From assembly GCA_964016885.1 (NCBI GenBank), contig OZ024740.1, positions 401,326,001 through 401,390,000 of the forward strand: DNA of 64,000 bases. The letters run 5' to 3'. The notes beneath the pieces are model-generated. The model did not search any database, was not told the DNA's origin, and was given only the letters and a program-made list of their open reading frames with translations. The stretch comes from Eledone cirrhosa (lineage: Eukaryota). Position numbers and translations under genes: made by a program. Below, one piece after another: positions 45,201-60,150 of this stretch. Numbering within the stretch: position 1 is the stretch's first letter; each line of letters begins with the position of its first letter.

Positions 45201-47095
45201 AATCAGTACAGTATAAACTATTATGCAGAATCAGTGCAGTATAGAACACTATGTAGAATCAGTACAGTATAGAACACTATGTAGAATCAGTACATCATAG
45301 AACACTATGTAGAATCAGTACAGTATAGAACACCATGTAGAATCAGTACAGTATAGAACACTATGTAGAATCAGTACAGTATAGAAAACTATGCAGGATC
45401 AGAACACTATAGAACACTATGTAAAATCACTACACCATAGAACACTATGTAGAATCAGTACAGTATAGAGCACTATGTAGAAACAGTACAGTACAGAGCA
45501 CTATGTAGAATCAGTACAACATAGAACACTATGTAGAATTTGTGCATCATAGAACACTATTTAGAATCAGTACAGTATAGAACACTATGTAGAATCAGTA
45601 CAGTAGAGAACACTATGTATAATCAGTACAACATATAACACTATGTAGATTCAGTACAGTATAGAACACTATGTATAATCCGCACAACATAAACACTATG
45701 TAGAATCAGTACAGTATAGAACACTATGTAGAATCAGTACAACATAGAACATTATGGAGAAAAAGTAAATCATAGAACACTATGTAGAATCAGTACAGTA
45801 TAGAACACTATGTAGAATCAGTACAGTAGAGAACACTATGTATAATCAGTACAACATATAACACTATGTAGATTCAGTACAGTATAGAACACTATGTAGA
45901 ATCAGTACAGTATAGAACACGATGTAGAATCAGTACAGTATAGAACACTATGTAGGATCAGAACACTATAGAACACTATGTAGAATCAGCACAACATAGA
46001 ACTCTATGTAGAATCAATACAACATAGAGCACTATGTAGAATCAGTACAACATAGAACACTATGTAGAATCAATACAACATAGAACACTATGTAGAATCA
46101 GCAAAACATAGAACACTATGTAGAATCAATACAACATAGAACACTATTTAGAATCAATACAACATAGAACACTATGTAGAATCAGTACAACATAGAACAC
46201 TATGTAGAATCAGCACAACATAGAACACTATGTAGAATCAATACAACATAGAACACTATGTAGAATCAGTACAGTAGAGAGCACTATGTAGAATCAGTAC
46301 AATATAGAACACTATGTAGAATCAGTACAACATAGAACACTATGTAGAATCAGTACAGTATAGAACACTATGTAGAATCAGTACAACATAGAACACTATG
46401 TAGAATCAGTACAGTATAAACTATTATGCAGAATCAGTGCAGTATAGAACACTATGTAGAATCAGAACAACATAGAACACTACGTAGAATCAGTACAATA
46501 TAGAACACTATGTAGAATCAGTACAGTATAGACTACTATGCAGAATCAGTACAGTATAGAACACTATGCAGAATCAGTGCAGTATAGAACACTATGTAGA
46601 ATCAGTACAACATAGAACACTATATAGAATCAATACAACACAGAACACTATGTAGAATCCGCACAACATAGAACACTATGTAGAATCAGTACAGTATAGA
46701 AAACTATGTAGAATCAGTACAGCATAGAACACTATGTAGAATCAGTACAGTATAGAACATCATGTAGAATCAGTACAGTATAGAACACTATTTAGAATCA
46801 GTACACTATAGAACACTATGTAGAATCAGTACAACATAGAACACTATGTAGAGTCACTACAGTATAGAGCACTATGTAGAATCAGTACAGTATAGAACAC
46901 TATGTAGAATCAGTACAACTTAGAACATTATGTATAATCAGTACATCATAGTACACTATGTAGAATCAGTACAGTATAGAACACTATGTAGAATCAGTAC
47001 AGTATAGAACACTATGTAGAATCAGTACAGTATGGAACACTATGTAGAATCAGTACAGTATAGAACACTATGTAGAATATGTGCATCATAGAACA
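35310..47095. repeat. Tandem duplication of about 5.9 kb: about 35310-41160 and about 41161-47095 (offset 5851, then 5935)
   Basis: TATGTATAAT at 35311 and 41162; TAGAATAAG at 35931 and 41782 (209x28-1); GAATTTGTGC at 39601 and 45536 (212x28-1). Confidence 0.92.
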
Positions 47096-50000
47096 CTATG
47101 TAGAATCAGTACAGTAGAGAACACTATGTAGAATCAGTACATTAGAGAACACTATGTAGAATCAGTACAGTATAGACTACTATGCAGAATCAGTACAGTA
47201 TAGAACACTATGTAGAATCAGTACAACATAGAACACTATGTAGAGTCACTACAGTATAGAGCACTATGTAGATTCAGTACAACATAGAACGCTATGTAGA
47301 ATCAGTACAGTATATAACACTATGTAGAATCAGTACAGTAGAGAGCACTATGTAGAATCAGTACAGCATAGAACACTATGTAGATTCAGTACAGTATAGA
47401 ACACTATGTAGAATCAGTACAACATAGAACACTATGTAGATTCAGTACAGTATAGAACACTATGTAGAATCAGTACAACATAGAACGTTATGCAGAAGCA
47501 GTACAGTATAGAACACTATGTAGAATCAGTACAACATAGAACACTATGTAGAATCAGTACAGTATAGAACACTATGTAGAATCAGTACAGTATAGAACAC
47601 TATGCAGGATCAGAACACTATAGAACACTATGTAAAATCACTACACCATAGAACACTATGTAAAATCAGTACAGTATAGAGCACTATGTAGAATCAGTAC
47701 AACATAGAACACTATGTAGAATCAGCACAACATAGAACACTATGTAAAATCAATACAACATAGAACACTATGTAGAATCAGTACAGTAGAGAGCACTATG
47801 TAGAATCAGTACAACATAGAACACTATGTAGAATCAGCACAACATAGAAAACTATGTAGAATCAATACAACATAGAACACTATGTAGAATCAGTACAACA
47901 TAGAACACTATGTAGAATCAGTACAGTATAGAACACTATGGAGAATCAGTACAACATAGAACACTATGTAGAATCAGTACAGTATAAACTATTATGCAGA
48001 ATCAGTGCAGTATAGAACACTATGTAGAATCAGTACAGTATAGAACACTATGTAGAATCAGTACATCATAGAACACTATGTAGAATCAGTACAGTATAGA
48101 ACACCATGTAGAATCAGTAGAGTATAGAACACTATGTAGAATCAGTACAGTATAGAACACTATGTAGAATATGTGCATCATAGAACACTATGTAGAATCA
48201 GTAGAGTAGAGAACACTATGTCGAATCAGTACAGTATAGAACACTATGTAGAATCAGTACAGTATAGACTACTATGCAGAATCAGTACAGTATAGAACAC
48301 TATGTAGAATCAGTACAACATAGAACACTATGTAGAATTAGTACAGTATAGAACACTATGTAGATTCAGTACAACATAGAACACTATGTAGAAACAGTAC
48401 AATATAGAACACTATGTAGAATCAGAACAGCATAGAACACTATGTAGATTCAGAACAACATAGAACACTATGTAGAATCAGTCGAACATAGAGCACTATG
48501 TAGAATCAGTACAGTATAGAACACTATGTAGAATCAGTACAGTACAGAGCACTATGTAGAATCAGTACAACATAGAACACTATGTAGAATCAGCACAACA
48601 TAGAACACTATGTAGAATCAATACAACATAGAACACTATGTAGAATCAGTACAGTAGAGAGCACTATGTAGAATCAGTACAATATAGAACACTATGTAGA
48701 ATCAGTACAACATATAACACTATGTAGAATCAGTACAGTATAGAACACTATGTAGAATCAGTACAACATAGAACACTATGTAGAATCAGTACAGTATAAA
48801 CTATTATGCAGAATCAGTGCAGTATAGAACACTATGTAGAATCAGAACAACATAGAACACTATGTAGAATCACTACAACATAGAACACTATGTAGAATCA
48901 GTACAGTATAGACTACTATGCAGAATCAGTACAGTATAGAACACTATGCAGAATCAGTGCAGTATAGAACACTATGTAGAATCAGTACAACATAGAACAC
49001 TATATAGAATCAATACTACACAGAACACTATGTAGAATCCGCACAACATAGAACACTATGTAGAATCAGTACAGTATAGAACACTATGTAGAATCAGTAC
49101 TGCATAGAACACTATGTAGAATCAGTACAGTATAGAACATCATGTAGAATCAGTACAGTATAGAACACTATTTAGAATCAGTACACTATAGAACACTATG
49201 TAAAATCATTACAACATAGAACACTATGTAGAATCAGTACAACATAGAACACTATGTAGAGTCACTACAGTATAGAACACTATGTAGAATCAGTACAGTA
49301 TAGAACACTATGTAGAATCAGTACAACATAGAACATTATGTAGAATCAGTACATCATAGTACACTATGTAGAATCAGTACAGTATAGAACACTATGTAGA
49401 ATCAGTACAGTATAGAACACTATGTAGAATCAGTACAGTATGGAACACTATGTAGAATCAGTACAGTATAGAACACTATGTAGAATATGTGCATCATAGA
49501 ACACTATGTAGAATCAGTACAGTAGAGAACACTATGTAGAATCAGTACATTAGAGAACACTATGTAGAATCAGTACAGTATAGACTACTATGCAGAATCA
49601 GTACAGTATAGAACACTATGTAGAATCAGTACAACATAGAACACTATGTAGAGTCACTACAGTATAGAGCACTATGTAGATTCAGTACAACATAGAACGC
49701 TATGTAGCATCAGTACAACATAGAACACTATGTAGAATCAGCACAGGATAGAACACTATGTAGTATCAATACAACATAGAGCACTATGTAGAATTAGTAC
49801 AGTATAGAACACTATGTAGAATCAGTACAGTATAGAACACTATGTAGAATCAGTACATCATAGAACACTATGTAGAATCAGTACAGTATAGAATACTATG
49901 TAGAATCAGTGCAGTATATAACACTATGTAGAATCAGTACAGTATAGAACACTATGTAGAATCAGTACAACATAGAACACTATGTAGATTCAGTACAGTA

Positions 50001-51629
50001 TAGAACACTATGTAGAATCAGTACAGCATAGAACATTATGCAGAATCAGTACAGTATAGGACACTATGTAGAATCAGTACAGTATAGAACACTATGTAGA
50101 ATCAGAACACTATAGAACACTATATAGAATCAGTACAGTATAGAACACTATGTAGAATCAGTACAGTATAGAACACTATGTAGGATCAGAACACTATAGA
50201 ACACTATGTAAAATCAGTACAACATAGAACACTATGTAGAATCAATACAACATAGAACACTATGTAGAATCAGTACAGTAGAGAGCACTATGTCGAATCA
50301 GTACATCATAGAACACTATGCAGAATCAGTACAACATAGACCACTATGTAGAATCAGTACTGTATAGAACACTATGTAGTATCAGTACAACATAGAACAC
50401 TATGTAGAATCAGTACAGTATAGAACACTATGTAGATTCAGTACAGTATAGAGCACTATGTAGAATCAGTACAGTATAGAACACTATGTAGAATCAGTAC
50501 AGTATAGAACACTATGTACAATCAGTACAACATAGAACATTATGTAGAAAAAGTAGATCATAGAAGACTATGTCGAATCAGTACAGTAGAGAGCACTATG
50601 TAGAATCAGTACAACATAGAACACTATGTAGAATCAGTACAACATAGAACACTATGTAGAATCAGTACAACATAGAACACTATGTAGAATCAGTACAACA
50701 TAGAACAATATGTAGAATCAGTACAACATAGAACACCATGTAGAATCAACTCAACATAGAACATTACGTAGAATCAGTGCAACATAGAACACTATGTAGA
50801 ATCAGTACAGTAGAGAACACTATGTAGAATCAGTACAATATAGAACACTATGTAGAGTCAGTACAACATAGAACACTATGTAGAATCAGTACAACATAGA
50901 ACAATATGTAGAATCAGTACTACATAGAATACCATGTAGAATCAACTCAACGTAGAACATTACGTAGAATCAGTACAACATAGAACACTATGTAGAATCA
51001 GTACAGTATAGAACACTATGTAGAATCAGTACAGTATAGAACACTATGTAGAATCAGTACAATATATAACACTATGTAGAATCAACTCAACATAGAACAC
51101 TATGTAGAGTCACTACAGTATAGAGCACTATGTAGATTCAGTACAACATAGAACGCTATGTAGAATCAGTACAACATAGAACACTATGTAGAATCAGCAC
51201 AGGATAGAACACTATGTAGTATCAATACAACATAGAGCACTATGTAGAATTAGTACAGTATAGAACACTATGTAGAATCAGTACAGTATAGAACACTATG
51301 TAGAATCAGTACATCATAGAACACTATGTAGAATCAGTACAGTATAGAATACTATGTAGAATCAGTACAGTATATAACACTATGTAGAATCAGTACAGTA
51401 TAGAACACTATGTAGAATCAGTACAACATAGAACACTATGTAGATTCAGTACAGTATAGAACACTATGTAGAATCAGTACAGCATAGAAAATTTATGCAG
51501 AATCAGTACAGTATAGGACACTATGTAGAATCAGTACAGTATAGAACACTATGTAGAATCAGTACAGTATAGAACACTATGAAGAATCAGAACACTATAG
51601 AACACTATATAGAATCAGTACAGTATAGA

Positions 51630-53680
51630 ACACTATGTATAATCAGTACAGTATAGAACACTATGTAGGATCAGAACACTATAGAACACTATGTAAAATC
51701 AGTACAACATAGAACACTATGTAGAATCAATACAACATAGAACACTATGTAGAATCAGTACAGTAGAGAGCACTATCTCGAATCAGTACAACATAGAACA
51801 CTATGCAGAATCAGTACAACATAGACCACTATGTAGAATCAGTACTGTATAGAACACTATGTAGTATCAGTACAACATAGAACACTATGTAGAATCAGTA
51901 CAGTATAGAACACTATGTAGATTCAGTACAGTATAGAACACTATGTAGAATCAGTACAGTATAGAACACTATGTAGAATCAGTACAACATAGAACACTAT
52001 GTAGAATCAGTACAACATAGAACACCATGTAGAATCAACTCAACATAGAACATTACGTAGAATCATTACAACATAGAACACTATGTAGAATCAGTACAGT
52101 AGAGAACACTATGTAGAATCAGTACAATATAGAACACTATGTAGAGTCAGTACAACATAGAACACTATGTAGAATCAGTACAACATAGAACAATATGTAG
52201 AATCAGTACAACATAGAACACCATGTAGAAACAACTCAACTTAGAACATTACGTAGAATCAGTACAACATAGAACACTATGTAGAATCAGTATAGTATAG
52301 AACACTATGTAGAATCAGTACAGTATAGAACACTATGTAGAATCAGTACAATATATAACACTATGTATAATCAGTACAGTATAGACCACTATGTAGAATC
52401 ACTAAAACATTGAACACTATGTAGAATCAACTCAACATAGAACACTATGTAGAATCAGTACACTATAGAACACTATGTAGAATCAGTACAACATAGAACA
52501 CTATGTAGAATTAGTACAACATAGAACACTATGTATAATCAGTATAACATAGAACACTATGTAGAATCAGCACAGCATAGAACACTATGTAGAATATGTA
52601 CAGTATAGAACACTATGTAGAATCAGTACAACATAGAACACTATGTAGAATCAGTACAATATAGACTACTATGCAGAATCAGTACAGTATAGAACACTAT
52701 GTAGAATCAGTACAACATAGAACACTATGTATAATCAGTACAGTATAGAAAACTATGTATAATCAGTACAGTATAGAACACTATGTAGGATCAGAACACT
52801 ATAGAACACTATGTAAAATCAGTACAACATAGAACACTATGTAGAATCAATACAACATAGAACACTATGTAGAATCAGTACAGTAGAGAGCACTATCTCG
52901 AATCAGTACAACATAGAACACTATGCAGAATCAGTACAACATAGACCACTATGTAGAATCAGTACTGTATAGAACACTATGTAGTATCAGTACAACATAG
53001 AACACTATGTAGAATCAGTACAGTATAGAACACTATGTAGAATCAGTACAACATAGAACACTATGTAGAATCAGTACAACATAGAACACCATGTAGAATC
53101 AACTCAACATAGAACATTACGTAGAATCATTACAACATAGAACACTATGTAGAATCAGTACAGTAGAGAACACTATGTAGAATCAGTACAATATAGAACA
53201 CTATGTAGAGTCAGTACAACATAGAACACTATGTAGAATCAGTACAACATAGAACAATATGTAGAATCAGTACAACATAGAACACCATGTAGAAACAACT
53301 CAACATAGAACATTACGTAGAATCAGTACAACATAGAACACTATGTAGAATCAGTACAGTATAGAACACTATGTAGAATCAGTACAGTATAGAACACTAT
53401 ATATAATCAGTACAACATAGAACACTATGTAGAATCAGCACAGCATAGAACACTATGTAGAATCAGTACAGTATAGAACACTATGTAGAATCAGTACAAC
53501 ATAGAACACTATGTAGAATCAGTACAATATAGACTACTATGCAGAATCAGTACAGTATAGAACACTATGTAGAATCAGTACAACATAGAACACTATGTAT
53601 AATCAGTACAGTATAGAAAACTATGTAGAATCAGTACAGTATAGAACACTATGTAGGATCAGAACACTATAGAACACTAT
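51630..53680. repeat. Tandem duplication with initial offset 1120 bp (40 monomers), second copy shortened; the pair is repeated at about 61150-63200
   Basis: CACTATCTCG at 51771 and 52891, and at 61291 and 62411, with shared GAATCATTAC and GAAACAACTC variants. Confidence 0.88.
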
Positions 53681-55649
53681 GTAAAATCACTACACCATAG
53701 AAAACTATGTAGAATCAGTACAGTATAGAGCACTATGTAGAATCAGCACAACATAGAACACTATGTAGAATCAATACAACATAGAACACTATGTCGAATC
53801 TGTACAGTAGAGAGCACTATGTAGAATCAGTACAACATAGAACACTATGTAGAATCAGTACAACATAGAACACTATGTAGAATCAGTACAACATAGAACA
53901 CTATGTAGAATCAGTACAACATAGAACAATATGTAGAATCAGTACAATATAGAACACTATGTAGAGTCAGTACAACATAGAACACAATGTAGAATCAGTA
54001 CAACATAGAACAATATGTAGAATCAGTACAACATAGAAGACTATGTAGAATCAGTACAGTATAGAACACTATGTAGAATCAGTACAGTATAGAACACTAT
54101 GTAGAATCAGTACAATATATAACACTATGTAGAATCAGTACAGTATAGACCACTATGTAGAATCACTAAAACATTGAACACTATGTAGAATGAACTCAAC
54201 ATAGAACACTATGTAGAGTCACTACAGTATAGAGCACTATGTAGATTCAGTACAACATAGAACGCTATGTAGAATCAGTACAACATAGAACACTATGTAG
54301 AATCAGCACAGGATAGAACACTATGTGGTATCAATACAACATAGAGCACTATGTATAATTAGTACAGTATAGAACACTATGTAGAATCAATACAGTATAG
54401 AACACTATGTAGAATCAGTACATCATAGAACACTATGTAGAATCAGTACAGTATAGAATACTATGTAGAATCAGTACAGTATATAACACTATGTAGAATC
54501 AGTACAACATAGAACACTATGTAGAGTCACTACAGTATAGAGCACTATGTAGATTCAGTACAACATAGAACGCTATGTAGAATCAGTACAGTATATAACA
54601 CTATGTAGAATCAGTACAGTAGAGAGCACTATGTAGAATCAGTACAGCATAGAACACTATGTAGATTCAGTACAGTATAGAACACTATGTAGAATCAGTA
54701 CAACATAGAACACTATGTAGATTCAGTACAGTATAGAACACTATGTAGAATCAGTACAACATAGAACGTTATGCAGAAGCAGTACAGTATAGAACACTAT
54801 GTAGAATCAGTACAACATAGAACACTATGTAGAATCAGTACAGTATAGAACACTATGTAGAATCAGTACAGTATAGAACACTATGCAGGATCAGAACACT
54901 ATAGAACACTATGTAAAATCACTACACCATAGAACACTATGTAAAATCAGTACAGTATAGAGCACTATGTAGAATCAGTACAACATAGAACACTATGTAG
55001 AATCAGCACAACATAGAACACTATGTAAAATCAATACAACATAGAACACTATGTAGAATCAGTACAGTAGAGAGCACTATGTAGAATCAGTACAACATAG
55101 AACACTATGTAGAATCAGCACAACATAGAAAACTATGTAGAATCAATACAACATAGAACACTATGTAGAATCAGTACAACATAGAACACTATGTAGAATC
55201 AGTACAGTATAGAACACTATGGAGAATCAGTACAACATAGAACACTATGTAGAATCAGTACAGTATAAACTATTATGCAGAATCAGTGCAGTATAGAACA
55301 CTATGTAGAATCAGTACAGTATAGAACACTATGTAGAATCAGTACATCATAGAACACTATGTAGAATCAGTACAGTATAGAACACCATGTAGAATCAGTA
55401 GAGTATAGAACACTATGTAGAATCAGTACAGTATAGAACACTATGTAGAATATGTGCATCATAGAACACTATGTAGAATCAGTAGAGTAGAGAACACTAT
55501 GTCGAATCAGTACAGTATAGAACACTATGTAGAATCAGTACAGTATAGACTACTATGCAGAATCAGTACAGTATAGAACACTATGTAGAATCAGTACAAC
55601 ATAGAACACTATGTAGAATTAGTACAGTATAGAACACTATGTAGATTCA

Positions 55650-58600
55650 GTACAACATAGAACACTATGTAGAAACAGTACAATATAGAACACTATGTAG
55701 AATCAGAACAGCATAGAACACTATGTAGATTCAGAACAACATAGAACACTATGTAGAATCAGTCGAACATAGAGCACTATGTAGAATCAGTACAGTATAG
55801 AACACTATGTAGAATCAGTACAGTACAGAGCACTATGTAGAATCAGTACAACATAGAACACTATGTAGAATCAGCACAACATAGAACACTATGTAGAATC
55901 AATACAACATAGAACACTATGTAGAATCAGTACAGTAGAGAGCACTATGTAGAATCAGTACAATATAGAACACTATGTAGAATCAGTACAACATATAACA
56001 CTATGTAGAATCAGTACAGTATAGAACACTATGTAGAATCAGTACAACATAGAACACTATGTAGAATCAGTACAGTATAAACTATTATGCAGAATCAGTG
56101 CAGTATAGAACACTATGTAGAATCAGAACAACATAGAACACTATGTAGAATCACTACAACATAGAACACTATGTAGAATCAGTACAGTATAGACTACTAT
56201 GCAGAATCAGTACAGTATAGAACACTATGCAGAATCAGTGCAGTATAGAACACTATGTAGAATCAGTACAACATAGAACACTATATAGAATCAATACTAC
56301 ACAGAACACTATGTAGAATCCGCACAACATAGAACACTATGTAGAATCAGTACAGTATAGAACACTATGTAGAATCAGTACTGCATAGAACACTATGTAG
56401 AATCAGTACAGTATAGAACATCATGTAGAATCAGTACAGTATAGAACACTATTTAGAATCAGTACACTATAGAACACTATGTAAAATCATTACAACATAG
56501 AACACTATGTAGAATCAGTACAACATAGAACACTATGTAGAGTCACTACAGTATAGAACACTATGTAGAATCAGTACAGTATAGAACACTATGTAGAATC
56601 AGTACAACATAGAACATTATGTAGAATCAGTACATCATAGTACACTATGTAGAATCAGTACAGTATAGAACACTATGTAGAATCAGTACAGTATAGAACA
56701 CTATGTACAATCAGTACAGTATGGAACACTATGTAGAATCAGTACAGTATAGAACACTATGTAGAATATGTGCATCATAGAACACTATGTAGAATCAGTA
56801 CAGTAGAGAACACTATGTAGAATCAGTACATTAGAGAACACTATGTAGAATCAGTACAGTATAGACTACTATGCAGAATCAGTACAGTATAGAACACTAT
56901 GTAGAATCAGTACAACATAGAACACTATGTAGAGTCACTACAGTATAGAGCACTATGTAGATTCAGTACAACATAGAACGCTATGTAGAATCAGTACAAC
57001 ATAGAACACTATGTAGAATCAGCACAGGATAGAACACTATGTAGTATCAATACAACATAGAGCACTATGTAGAATTAGTACAGTATAGAACACTATGTAG
57101 AATCAGTACAGTATAGAACACTATGTAGAATCAGTACATCATAGAACACTATGTAGAATCAGTACAGTATAGAATACTATGTAGAATCAGTGCAGTATAT
57201 AACACTATGTAGAATCAGTACAGTATAGAACACTATGTAGAATCAGTACAACATAGAACACTATGTAGATTCAGTACAGTATAGAACACTATGTAGAATC
57301 AGTACAGCATAGAACATTATGCAGAATCAGTACAGTATAGGACACTATGTAGAATCAGTACAGTATAGAACACTATGTAGAATCAGAACACTATAGAACA
57401 CTATATAGAATCAGTACAGTATAGAACACTATGTAGAATCAGTACAGTATAGAACACTATGTAGGATCAGAACACTATAGAACACTATGTAAAATCAGTA
57501 CAACATAGAACACTATGTAGAATCAATACAACATAGAACACTATGTAGAATCAGTACAGTAGAGAGCACTATGTCGAATCAGTACATCATAGAACACTAT
57601 GCAGAATCAGTACAACATAGACCACTATGTAGAATCAGTACTGTATAGAACACTATGTAGTATCAGTACAACATAGAACACTATGTAGAATCAGTACAGT
57701 ATAGAACACTATGTAGATTCAGTACAGTATAGAGCACTATGTAGAATCAGTACAGTATAGAACACTATGTAGAATCAGTACAGTATAGAACACTATGTAC
57801 AATCAGTACAACATAGAACATTATGTAGAAAAAGTAGATCATAGAAGACTATGTCGAATCAGTACAGTAGAGAGCACTATGTAGAATCAGTACAACATAG
57901 AACACTATGTAGAAACAGTACAATATAGAACACTATGTAGAATCAGAACAGCATAGAACACTATGTAGATTCAGAACAACATAGAACACTATGTAGAATC
58001 AGTCGAACATAGAGCACTATGTAGAATCAGTACAGTATAGAACACTATGTAGAATCAGTACAGTACAGAGCACTATGTAGAATCAGTACAACATAGAACA
58101 CTATGTAGAATCAGCACAACATAGAACACTATGTAGAATCAATACAACATAGAACACTATGTAGAATCAGTACAGTAGAGAGCACTATGTAGAATCAGTA
58201 CAATATAGAACACTATGTAGAATCAGTACAACATATAACACTATGTAGAATCAGTACAGTATAGAACACTATGTAGAATCAGTACAACATAGAACACTAT
58301 GTAGAATCAGTACAGTATAAACTATTATGCAGAATCAGTGCAGTATAGAACACTATGTAGAATCAGAACAACATAGAACACTATGTAGAATCACTACAAC
58401 ATAGAACACTATGTAGAATCAGTACAGTATAGACTACTATGCAGAATCAGTACAGTATAGAACACTATGCAGAATCAGTGCAGTATAGAACACTATGTAG
58501 AATCAGTACAACATAGAACACTATATAGAATCAATACTACACAGAACACTATGTAGAATCCGCACAACATAGAACACTATGTAGAATCAGTACAGTATAG

Positions 58601-60150
58601 AACACTATGTAGAATCAGTACTGCATAGAACACTATGTAGAATCAGTACAGTATAGAACATCATGTAGAATCAGTACAGTATAGAACACTATTTAGAATC
58701 AGTACACTATAGAACACTATGTAAAATCATTACAACATAGAACACTATGTAGAATCAGTACAACATAGAACACTATGTAGAGTCAGTACAGTATAGAACA
58801 CTATGTAGAATCAGTACAGTATAGAACACTATGTAGAATCAGTACAACATAGAACATTATGTAGAATCAGTACATCATAGTACACTATGTAGAATCAGTA
58901 CAGTATAGAACACTATGTAGAATCAGTACAGTATAGAACACTATGTAGAATCAGTACAGTATGGAACACTATGTAGAATCAGTACAGTATAGAACACTAT
59001 GTAGAATATGTGCATCATAGAACACTATGTAGAATCAGTACAGTAGAGAACACTATGTAGAATCAGTACATTAGAGAACACTATGTAGAATCAGTACAGT
59101 ATAGACTACTATGCAGAATCAGTACAGTATAGAACACTATGTAGAATCAGTACAACATAGAACACTATGTAGAGTCACTACAGTATAGAGCACTATGTAG
59201 ATTCAGTACAACATAGAACGCTATGTAGAATCAGTACAACATAGAACACTATGTAGAATCAGCACAGGATAGAACACTATGTAGTATCAATACAACATAG
59301 AGCACTATGTAGAATTAGTACAGTATAGAACACTATGTAGAATCAGTACAGTATAGAACACTATGTAGAATCAGTACATCATAGAACACTATGTAGAATC
59401 AGTACAGTATAGAATACTATGTAGAATCAGTGCAGTATATAACACTATGTAGAATCAGTACAGTATAGAACACTATGTAGAATCAGTACAACATAGAACA
59501 CTATGTAGATTCAGTACAGTATAGAACACTATGTAGAATCAGTACAGCATAGAACATTATGCAGAATCAGTACAGTATAGGACACTATGTAGAATCAGTA
59601 CAGTATAGAACACTATGTAGAATCAGAACACTATAGAACACTATATAGAATCAGTACAGTATAGAACACTATGTAGAATCAGTACAGTATAGAACACTAT
59701 GTAGGATCAGAACACTATAGAACACTATGTAAAATCAGTACAACATAGAACACTATGTAGAATCAATACAACATAGAACACTATGTAGAATCAGTACAGT
59801 AGAGAGCACTATGTCGAATCAGTACATCATAGAACACTATGCAGAATCAGTACAACATAGACCACTATGTAGAATCAGTACTGTATAGAACACTATGTAG
59901 TATCAGTACAACATAGAACACTATGTAGAATCAGTACAGTATAGAACACTATGTAGATTCAGTACAGTATAGAGCACTATGTAGAATCAGTACAGTATAG
60001 AACACTATGTAGAATCAGTACAGTATAGAACACTATGTACAATCAGTACAACATAGAACATTATGTAGAAAAAGTAGATCATAGAAGACTATGTCGAATC
60101 AGTACAGTAGAGAGCACTATGTAGAATCAGTACAACATAGAACACTATGT
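55650..60150. repeat. Nested near-perfect tandem duplication of 2240 bp (80 monomers)
   Basis: AGAAACAGTACAAT at 55671 and 57911; TAAAATCATT at 56482 and 58722; ATAGAAGACT at 57841 and 60081. Confidence 0.95.
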
